The notes under the pieces are model-generated. The model saw nothing but the letters and a program-made list of their open reading frames with translations, was not told the DNA's origin and made no database searches. From contig CAYVHB010000014.1 in assembly GCA_964450865.1 (NCBI GenBank), positions 2,676-66,675 on the forward strand: DNA of 64,000 bases, read 5' to 3'. Every line of letters begins with the position of its first letter. Position 1 is the first letter of the stretch. This DNA comes from an uncultured Oscillospiraceae bacterium (GTDB lineage: Bacteria > Bacillota > Clostridia > Saccharofermentanales > UBA5734). Positions 53,956 through 61,666 of this stretch are shown piece after piece. The position numbers and the translations under genes are program-made.

Positions 53956-56063
53956 ACTGCCGGATCAAACTGGCTGCCTGCGTTGTTATGCAATTCCTCA
54001 ACAGCCGCAGCCATGGAGATGCCCTGCCGATAACTGGTGTCACGGGTCATCAGGTCAAAGGCATCCGCCACGCTGATAATCCGGGCCAGCAGGGGGATCT
54101 TGTCCAGCGAGAGGCCCCGCGGGTAGCCGGTACCGTCCGGACGCTCATGGTGGGACAGCACATACTCGGCAATTTCGACAAAGTCACTGACCGAGCGCAG
54201 GATCTGATAGCCGATTTCCGGATGACGCTGGATGTCCTCAATCTCGGTTTGAGTCAAGGTGTCGCGTTTGTTCAGCAGCTTTTCATCAACGCCGATTTTG
54301 CCAATATCATGAAACAGGCCAGCCAGCTTGAGATCATTCAGCATATCCTTGGGCAGATCCATGGCTGTGCCAATTGCCAGGCACAGATCACTGACTCGCT
54401 CACCGTGGCGCTGCTCAAACGGGTCTTTCTCGAAAAGGCTTTGCGTAATCAGGCGCAAGGTATTATTCTTATGGCTTTTGCTCTCCAGCAGCTTATGCCG
54501 ATACATGGCATCTTCCGCCAGTTTGTAGATTGTATCCAGCCCTTCGGCCAGCCGCTGGCGGGTGCGCCAGCCGAATGATACCGACAGCATTCCCCGTTCA
54601 ACTCCCGTTGTGGCAATGCTGCGGGTTAACCGGGCAATAAACTGTTCAGCCTGTTCCGCACTGGTATTGGTCATCAAAATGACGAATTCGTCGCCCCCGA
54701 TGCGGGCAATGATGTCCCCGGGGCGGCATGACACCTTCAGGATCTCGGCAAACGCGACGAGCAGGCGATCCCCGGCGCGATGGCCGAATGCGTCATTGGT
54801 CAGTTTCAGGCCGTTGACATCGGCCATGATCAGCGTCAGCGGCAGATAGTCCTGCCGCTCCAGGCGGATCAGGCTGTCCTCGTAGTAGTAACGGTTGTAA
54901 AGACCGGTCAGCTGGTCGTGTTCACTCAGAAAACGGGCCTCCCGCTCCAGCTTTTTCCGGTTTTCAATATTGCGGCTGACGCCTACTGCCTCGATCTCGG
55001 AATCGGCATTGAAACGGAACCGCACCGAAATTTCAATCCAGACGAGTGACCCATCTTTGCAGGACTGCTGCACCTCTGCTACATAGGAGGTCGGGATATC
55101 CGGATGATGGACAAATTCTTGCAGGATCGAACCCAGATGCTGATGGATCTGCTGGGCTGAATCTGGACTGAGTGACTCATCCATGGTCTGGTTCATCGCC
55201 TCCTCGACAGTCAAGCCGCGCAACTGGTAAACGGCTGGACTGATGAAAACAAAACGATCCTGACTCAGGTTTAGAATCCAGATGACATCTGAGGCATATT
55301 CAGTGATAAGGCGGTACTTCTCCTCGCTCAGCCGCAAATCCTGTTCGATGGCCCTTTCATTGGTGATATCCCGGGCCGATGCGTAAATAAACCGGCCAAT
55401 TGGCTGGGCCTGCCAGGAAAAAAACCGCAAGGATCCATCCTTGCAGCGATAGCGGTTCTGAAAGCCCATGATCGGATTTTGCCCGGCCAGCGTTCGCATG
55501 GTCCGGGCCGTTTCCGGCCAGTCCGCCTCCACAATAAAGTCACGAATATTGGCGGCCTCCAGTTCGTCCTGCCGATAACCAAGGACATCCTGAAACCGCT
55601 GATTGACCTTGATCAGCCAGCCATCGATGTCCACGACGCAGAGCAAGTCGACGTTGACTTTCATGAAAGTCTCCAGTTCCAGGATAAAATCATGTTCCCG
55701 GGTCGTATCCTGGTAAAAACAGCCAAAATGACTGATCCCGAGCGGGAAGCAGTGCGTGCGCAACCACTTCTGGAGCCGGGGATAAAAGGCATCAAACTCA
55801 ACTGGCTGCTGGCTGCTCATGACCTTCATCCAGACCGGGTGCAAGGGATTGTGATCTGGCCGGGCCGCTTCCCCCGGGACCGGTTCGCCCGGGGCCGTGT
55901 ACGGGTTATGTGCCTGACAGGACTCCATCAGGCTTTCATAGGCTTGATTCTTGTCGATGACCTCGAAGGCGCAAGGTAGGCCCGCGTTGTCACGAATCAC
56001 GCGCTGACAAGAAAAGGCTGCTGGCGTGTTGTGAAAAAAGGTTTCAAAAAGCTGCTGATCCAT
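53919..56063 (-). CDS. PAS/PAC - GGDEF - HD-GYP signalling protein
   Basis: PAS/PAC motifs (RYRCKDGS, QQSCKDGS), DQLTGLYNR, RIGGDEF, FHDIGK, HHERPDGTGYP. Confidence 0.92.
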   Translation of the reverse strand: MDQQLFETFFHNTPAAFSCQRVIRDNAGLPCAFEVIDKNQAYESLMESCQAHNPYTAPGEPVPGEAARPDHNPLHPVWMKVMSSQQPVEFDAFYPRLQKWLRTHCFPLGISHFGCFYQDTTREHDFILELETFMKVNVDLLCVVDIDGWLIKVNQRFQDVLGYRQDELEAANIRDFIVEADWPETARTMRTLAGQNPIMGFQNRYRCKDGSLRFFSWQAQPIGRFIYASARDITNERAIEQDLRLSEEKYRLITEYASDVIWILNLSQDRFVFISPAVYQLRGLTVEEAMNQTMDESLSPDSAQQIHQHLGSILQEFVHHPDIPTSYVAEVQQSCKDGSLVWIEISVRFRFNADSEIEAVGVSRNIENRKKLEREARFLSEHDQLTGLYNRYYYEDSLIRLERQDYLPLTLIMADVNGLKLTNDAFGHRAGDRLLVAFAEILKVSCRPGDIIARIGGDEFVILMTNTSAEQAEQFIARLTRSIATTGVERGMLSVSFGWRTRQRLAEGLDTIYKLAEDAMYRHKLLESKSHKNNTLRLITQSLFEKDPFEQRHGERVSDLCLAIGTAMDLPKDMLNDLKLAGLFHDIGKIGVDEKLLNKRDTLTQTEIEDIQRHPEIGYQILRSVSDFVEIAEYVLSHHERPDGTGYPRGLSLDKIPLLARIISVADAFDLMTRDTSYRQGISMAAAVEELHNNAGSQFDPAVVRILTEKVLAY

Positions 56064-56250
56064 CGCAGTTCCCCCGTTCATATCAGTCAACAGCAACTGC
56101 TTTTAACAATAATTTCATCATAGCACGAACACTGATAAAATAAAGCGCGATTTTATGATTACTGGCCAGCCGCATGGCCGCGGCCGGCTGCAGTGTATAT
56201 AATGTTTGTGTTACACTGCCGGTTCCAGATCTGCTCTGGATCAGTAGCAA

Positions 56251-56316
56251 AGCGTATATATGTAAAACTGCCAGGTTACCTTCAGCGTATATAAGCGTAT
56301 ATAATTAAGGTATAAT
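56251..56316 (+). promoter_or_regulatory. Three AGCGTATATA direct repeats upstream of a TATAAT -10 box
   Basis: Repeats at 56251, 56284 and 56294; TATAAT at 56311-56316. Confidence 0.5.
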
Positions 56317-56379
56317 ACACAGGCAAAATGGTTCAATGAGCGGTAAGGTGAAAGCGCAAGAGCAAGAGGTAATGCATTT

Positions 56380-56703
56380 ATGAAACATATTTTTGAAATA
56401 ATCATGCTGGTTTGTTTTGGCCTGGCCTGGCCGATTTCCATCGTCAAATCTTATCGTTCCCGCAGCACCCGCGGCCGCAGCCTGTTTTTCCTGATTGTGC
56501 TGCAGCTGGGCTACTTGTCCGGTATCTTGCATAAATACTTCAATTCACGCGACCTGGTCATGATCTGCTACATCATCAATCTGACAATGGTCAGCATCGA
56601 TGTCGGGCTGTTCTTTCGCAATCGTCGGATCGAAAAACGCGAAGAGGCCAGGCTCAGGCAGTCAGCTGATGTGCAGAAACAGCCGGCCGGTACGCCCAGA
56701 TAG
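56380..56703 (+). CDS. Small PQ-loop/SemiSWEET-like membrane protein
   Basis: FEIIMLVCFGLAWP.SI.KS.RSRST.GRS..FL, three TM segments. Confidence 0.65.
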   Translation: MKHIFEIIMLVCFGLAWPISIVKSYRSRSTRGRSLFFLIVLQLGYLSGILHKYFNSRDLVMICYIINLTMVSIDVGLFFRNRRIEKREEARLRQSADVQKQPAGTPR

Positions 56704-56893
56704 CCAGCTGCCAGGGCGAACCATCACTACCATGCGCAACGTGACTCCCGAACTATACGCCTGGTTTCTGATCGAACCGGCGAGTGGCCCGTCCGATCAG
56801 AAACCAGGCGTGTCAAGCAGGGAAGAGGCCGCTTTATCGGATAATCTGACCTGTCAATATCTGTTATACTGCTGACAAGGAGGGTTCATCACC

Positions 56894-57352
56894 ATGGGCA
56901 AGACAGTCTTTGTTACGATCACCGGTATGGATCACTACTATGGCATCACACCATACAAAATTGGCCGGGTGATCCGGCTGCGCAAAGATCCCGCTAATGA
57001 CCACGATAGCGAGGCTATTCGCGCCGAGCTGCCTTTCATCGGCACAATCGGCTATGTTGCGAACAGCACCTTTACCGTTGCCCGGGGCACATCCAGTGCC
57101 GGCCGGATTTATGACTGTTTTGATACGGATGTTTTTGCCCAGATTCTCTTCATTGTTGGCAAGAGCGTGATCTGCGTGCTGGGTCTCGACGATGAAAATG
57201 ATCCGCCCGAGTGCAGCAACAGCCGTTTCTTCGCCAGACGTTTCAAGGATGGGGTTACCCAGTCGGGGAATGGCAGCTTTGAAGACCTGGCCAAGGATGC
57301 TGATGACTGTGAGGTGCTGCATATCCAGCCGCCCCGAGATTTCAGGGTATAA
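56894..57352 (+). CDS. HIRAN domain protein
   Basis: FVTITG..HYYG...LRKDPAN.HDSEAI....GTIGYVANS. Confidence 0.85.
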   Translation: MGKTVFVTITGMDHYYGITPYKIGRVIRLRKDPANDHDSEAIRAELPFIGTIGYVANSTFTVARGTSSAGRIYDCFDTDVFAQILFIVGKSVICVLGLDDENDPPECSNSRFFARRFKDGVTQSGNGSFEDLAKDADDCEVLHIQPPRDFRV

Positions 57353-57355
57353 ACG

Positions 57356-57706
57356 TTATTGCGCAAGGCGGCTCCGGTCACGCGACCGGACTGACAGCCA
57401 GAGGTGGCTGATGGCCAGCAGCGGATGATAAAGCAACATACGCGGGCCCGCATAGCGCATGACCGCGCGAATCTGCTGACGCCTCTGGGGATTATAGCAA
57501 TGCACCGGGCACTGGCTGCAAAATGGCTTGGCCGGACCAAACCGGCATCGTTCGACTCTGGTCCTGGCATACTCAGCCAGCGCCTGGCATTCGGCGCAAA
57601 GCGCTGGCGTGGATTTGGCCAGGTGACGCTGATGCCGGCAATAAAGCGTGATCATCTGCGTCACAACCTGCTGTTCAAACTGAATTTTCTTTAACTGGCT
57701 GCGCAT
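57356..57706 (-). CDS. Nitrous oxide-stimulated promoter (YgbA) family protein
   Basis: MI.LYCR.....LC.EC..L..YA..R..RC.FG..KPFCSQCPVHCY...MRYAGPRML..HP. Confidence 0.88.
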   Translation of the reverse strand: MRSQLKKIQFEQQVVTQMITLYCRHQRHLAKSTPALCAECQALAEYARTRVERCRFGPAKPFCSQCPVHCYNPQRRQQIRAVMRYAGPRMLLYHPLLAISHLWLSVRSRDRSRLAQ

Positions 57707-58700
57707 CGGTATTTTGCCGGTCCCCTTCATACATGGCATACTGTTCGGCAATCATGGCCCGCATCCGGCGGACAACCTCAGACGGCCCGATGATCTGGGC
57801 ATTGACCCCAAATTGAAAAATCCAGGACAGGAAGGTCTGGCTGACATTGACCGGCAAATCAGCCAGGAAATGCTGGTTGTCAGCCTTGCGCACGATAATA
57901 TCGTTGCCGAAACGGTCAATCACCACGCCGATCAGGTCATTGGCAAAACGGACTGTCACCATCTCATCGTCGCCGACAAACATCGAGAATGTTCGCTTGA
58001 CATACTGAACCAGATTCAGGTCCTCGGCCATGGGGATGCGGCTGACCTCCACTGTCTTGATCCCCGATATCTTATCAACCCGGAAATGAACCAGGCCGCG
58101 TTCCGGATTGTGGGCAATCAGGTAGTAATTGTCACCATCCCAGTGCAGGGCGTAAGGGCTGATCGTATATATATGCCCATTGCGGCGATAACGCATTTTC
58201 TTGCTCAGGGTATACTCATAATATTTAAAGGATACCTGGCGGTCCGCGGCAATGGCTTCATAGAGCTGATCTATCGAATAATAGATCGATTCATTGGGCG
58301 CCTTGACCCGGCCCGTCACAAATATCTGGCGCTTGAGGCGGCCGGCCTCATGGATACTGACCAGTCCCTCCAGCTTGGCGAGGAGCTGCAGGCTTTTTCT
58401 GGCTGTAATAAAGCGGGATGACTGGACGGCATCCATCAGCAGCTTCAGCTCCGGCAGCTCGAAAATGCGATTGGCTACAAAATAGCCGAAATGACTGCCT
58501 TTGGTGAGAATGATCTCCAGGCCGAACTGGCGCAGCGTTTCGATGTCGCTGTAGAGAGACTTGCGCTCAAAGACGATGCCCAGCTGGTTGAGGCGGTTGC
58601 CCAGTTCAGCCAGGGTCATCGGATTCTGCTCATCGGTATTCTCCTGCAAGATCTTCATCACATGCAGCAGGCGCAGTTTCTGATTGGGATTTTTCGGCAT
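57675..58700 (-). CDS. wHTH-WYL-WCX transcriptional regulator (YafY family)
   Basis: ERKSLYSDIETL, VSFKY, ISPYAL.W....YYL, FRVDKI, W.FQFG..A.I.GP. RBS AGGAGG before ATG 58700. Confidence 0.92.
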   Translation of the reverse strand: MPKNPNQKLRLLHVMKILQENTDEQNPMTLAELGNRLNQLGIVFERKSLYSDIETLRQFGLEIILTKGSHFGYFVANRIFELPELKLLMDAVQSSRFITARKSLQLLAKLEGLVSIHEAGRLKRQIFVTGRVKAPNESIYYSIDQLYEAIAADRQVSFKYYEYTLSKKMRYRRNGHIYTISPYALHWDGDNYYLIAHNPERGLVHFRVDKISGIKTVEVSRIPMAEDLNLVQYVKRTFSMFVGDDEMVTVRFANDLIGVVIDRFGNDIIVRKADNQHFLADLPVNVSQTFLSWIFQFGVNAQIIGPSEVVRRMRAMIAEQYAMYEGDRQNTDAQPVKENSV

Positions 58701-58715
58701 GATCAAGCCTCCTGT

Positions 58716-58811
58716 CCGTATCCGGACGCCGTATCTGTATTTGTATTCGGATCCGTATCTATGACCATATCCAGATCTGTTTCGGATCCGTAACCGTGCC
58801 TGTGCCCGTAT
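58716..58811. repeat. Degenerate 6-bp-period low-complexity tract (CCGTAT / CGGATC) upstream of the WYL gene
   Basis: ccgtat ccggac gccgtat ctgtat ttgtat tcggat ccgtat ... cggatccgt. Confidence 0.6.
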
Positions 58812-59211
58812 ATGTTTATCCTTATTATAGGACAATGATCCCGAAAAGCAAGAGAATTTGTAAATTCGTCGTGCAATTATTTGACATAGTCTTATCGATC
58901 ATGATAAATAATACCTAAAAATAATATTCAATTTCTGCAGTTTCCCGCTCGCATTGTTACCGGATCAGGACTATACTATATGAGTTAGCTACACAAGCAT
59001 GGCTGCGAAACGGAATGAATTGTCAATCAATAAAAGGAACGCGGTGACAGGGCCTGCATAGCCAGAAGCTGAAAAGCTCAGCGCTGAGTTGTTAGCCACA
59101 TGGCCAGGTTGTGAAAGCAAGCAGCATTGGGTCGTGAAGAACAGCAAGGCAGTCAAAGTATACAAGGTAGCAGTACAAGGTAGCAGTAAAATATGAAAGG
59201 TGATGATAGAG

Positions 59212-60219
59212 ATGAAAAACAATCATTCACTGCATCTGATTTCCCGGAAATGGTTCTGGATCGCCGGCCTGGTTATCCTGGCCGTGAGCATGACCCTGAC
59301 TGGCTGCAGCCAGGCCGGGGCAGTGGTTCAATTTGAATCGGCCCTCTAAAGCCACAATGCCGCCGCGGCCAGGGAAATCTACAGCCAGGATATCCGCGGG
59401 AACTCCGATCTGGAGCAGCAGGCCAGCAGTGCGGTTTCAGCGGTCCTGGCCAATACATACAGCCAGTATCAGACCGGCCAGCTCAGTGATGACGAGGCGG
59501 CGAAATTTTACGCCGCCTGTACCGGGATCGAGGCATACCGTCTCCAGGCGACAGCGGCTTTTATCGACTTTAAAGACCTGCAGTCATCCAAAGAAGCTTT
59601 CAACACGGCATCCACGGCGATGCAGACCGGAGATTACCAGACGGCTATTGCAGCTTTTGGCAGCGTGATCCCGGTTGACCCGCAGTATACCAAAGCCCAG
59701 GCATTCCTGGCCGATTGCCAGGCCAAGTTCGTCGATGGATTTGTGGCGGACATCGAAGCCAAGGTCAGGGCCCAGATTGCAGCCGGCCAGCTGGCTGACG
59801 CCCAGACGACCGTGAATGATGCCCTGGCGGTATGCCCGGATTCGGCCGAGCTTCTGGCTCTCAGTCAAGGTGTCACCGATGAATTTATCCGTTATTATGG
59901 CGCCGAGATTGAACAGCTGATGGGCAAGGAAGAATATGCCAGGGCGCTGGCCGCAGTCAAGGAAGCACAGAACTACATCCAGAATGTCGACAAGGTCAAA
60001 TCCTGGATCAGTCAGATCTATCAGGGTGCCGGCCGCCATTATAGCAGCCTGATGAAAAATGCTTCCAGCAGCAACGATCAGGCAACCCTTCAACAACTGG
60101 AAAATGCGCTGCAGGATTTGCCCGGACTTGAAAAATATATTCCGGACTGGAATCATTATTCGGACAAATTCGACTTCGGTGGCTACAGCCTGCCATCTGG
60201 ATTCGACTTCTCCTGGTAA
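59212..60219 (+). pseudogene. Helical (TPR-like) lipoprotein gene interrupted by an in-frame TAA at codon 46
   Basis: ATG 59212, signal peptide with LTGC lipobox, TAA 59347-59349. The frame then stays open and is continuous with ORF 59620-60219. Confidence 0.8.
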
Positions 60220-60298
60220 GTAAAGAGCGCGGGCCGGTCTGACCCTCCTGGCATTTATGTTAAGGGTTCGATCTCTGCTGCAATACCAAATTATGAAC

Positions 60299-60342
60299 AG
60301 GCCGTCCTGAAAGCTGATTTCAAGACGGCCTTTCTTGTTTTT
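60299..60342. terminator. Terminator between convergent genes
   Basis: AGGCCGTC...GACGGCCT followed by a T-rich tract. Confidence 0.7.
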
Positions 60343-60354
60343 AGAATAGGTTGC

Positions 60355-61257
60355 CTAGTAAATGAGTTCCGGATTGTCAAAGGTAATCTGGGAACGGTCG
60401 CTGATGACCACCAGCACAATGGATGTAGAAAAATACGGCTCACTGATCATGGCCTTGTGGGTCAGTTCCACTTCGAAGCGATAAGCCTGGGAAAGGGCCA
60501 GAATACGCAGGTCGGCCTTGCCTGTCGTCAGATTGAGAATACCAGCCTCGTAATCACCATCGAGAAAATGAATCTGGTAGCCGTAGCGCCAGGCAAAATG
60601 TTCAATGATTTCCACAGAACTGCCGAAAAACTCACCGGTCTGCAAATCAATTGACGCATACGGGTAGGCCAGGGAATTCGTTGCCACATTCAGAACCGGG
60701 CCGGTGGTGTGTTTGGGCCACTCGCGCCGGACGTACTCGCCACGATCGACCGCCATTATCCGCGCATAAATATCCTGGTACTCCTCGCTGGTCCGGAAGT
60801 CGGCTGCAAATTCATTGAATTGCTGCAAGATATCCTGACGTTTATTGGTGACGAAGATGATATAGTCATCAAAGGCTACTGGTTCTTCCAGTATTTTGTA
60901 GCCTGGATGCATGCGGCAGAAATTTTTTGCATTGATAATATCCATGGCCAGGGCCTCGATCCGTCTGTATTTCAAGGCCAGGATCGCATCTGACGTGGTA
61001 TCGTAGCGTTGCAGCTCGATGCCAGGAACATCTTCAAGAATGTAATCCGGACTCCAGGACATCAGAACCCCGATACGCCGGCCCGCCAGATTATGAACGT
61101 CCAGCGGTGTAACCGGTGCTGGCTGCTTGCCGGCGCAACCGGTCAGCGGATAGAACAGCAGCGTGAGCAACAGCATCAGGATGAGCAGGAACAGCCGGCC
61201 CTGTTGATATAAAGTGGCAGCGGGCGAACTGACCCGCTGATTGACTGTGCTGTACAT
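60355..61257 (-). CDS. Orphan circularly permuted SBP_bac_3 lipoprotein, paralog of 12358-13212
   Basis: LTGC lipobox. Shared blocks WSPDYILED, LALKYRRIEA, YRFEVELTHKA, PYFSTSI. Confidence 0.88.
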   Translation of the reverse strand: MYSTVNQRVSSPAATLYQQGRLFLLILMLLLTLLFYPLTGCAGKQPAPVTPLDVHNLAGRRIGVLMSWSPDYILEDVPGIELQRYDTTSDAILALKYRRIEALAMDIINAKNFCRMHPGYKILEEPVAFDDYIIFVTNKRQDILQQFNEFAADFRTSEEYQDIYARIMAVDRGEYVRREWPKHTTGPVLNVATNSLAYPYASIDLQTGEFFGSSVEIIEHFAWRYGYQIHFLDGDYEAGILNLTTGKADLRILALSQAYRFEVELTHKAMISEPYFSTSIVLVVISDRSQITFDNPELIY

Positions 61258-61518
61258 AAGTACATCCTCCGTCAGGAAAAGAATCCTGCCGCTGCAGCGG
61301 TGGGAAGGTTGCAGACCGGGCTTGCCTCGCCGGAACGGATCTGATCCCGGAATCGATCCAGGACAGGTGATCCGGGGCAGATGGTCCAGGACAAGTTATA
61401 CAGGCATCATGATTGATTATAGCTTCCATTTTATCATATGAATTAGTCCGATAAACAGTACATAAAACTGAAAAGCGTGAAATTGGACTTTAACTGAAAC
61501 AGGTTTTATGATATAGTC

Positions 61519-61623
61519 GGCTCAGAACAAAAGTTCTGAGCCTGCGAACCCTGCTGACGCCAGGTTAATACCCTGCTGACGCCAGGTTAATACCCTGCGG
61601 ATGCCTGCGAAACCCTGCTGACC
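61519..61623. repeat. 10-bp hairpin followed by interleaved 22-bp direct repeats upstream of the helicase-nuclease gene
   Basis: GGCTCAGAAC-aaaa-GTTCTGAGCC; CCCTGCTGACGCCAGGTTAATA x2 (61549, 61571); CCTGCGAA(A)CCCTGCTGAC x2. Confidence 0.85.
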
Positions 61624-61666
61624 GCACTTGTCCATTGGTGAAAGCGTCTGGAAAGAGAGGCCATTC

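Noticed and set aside
58701-58835. 45-aa N-terminal extension of the WYL protein shown in the ORF track
   Set aside because: It derives from a hexamer-repeat tract, and a perfect AGGAGG RBS precedes ATG 58700.
59000-59120. Riboswitch upstream of the broken lipoprotein gene
   Set aside because: Only a short GNRA-like hairpin; no recognisable aptamer consensus.
59347-59349. Stop-codon reassignment or Sec/Pyl recoding
   Set aside because: The codon is TAA, not TGA or TAG, and TAA terminates other genes in this window.
61549-61623. Possible CRISPR repeat
   Set aside because: The two 22-bp copies abut directly with no spacer.
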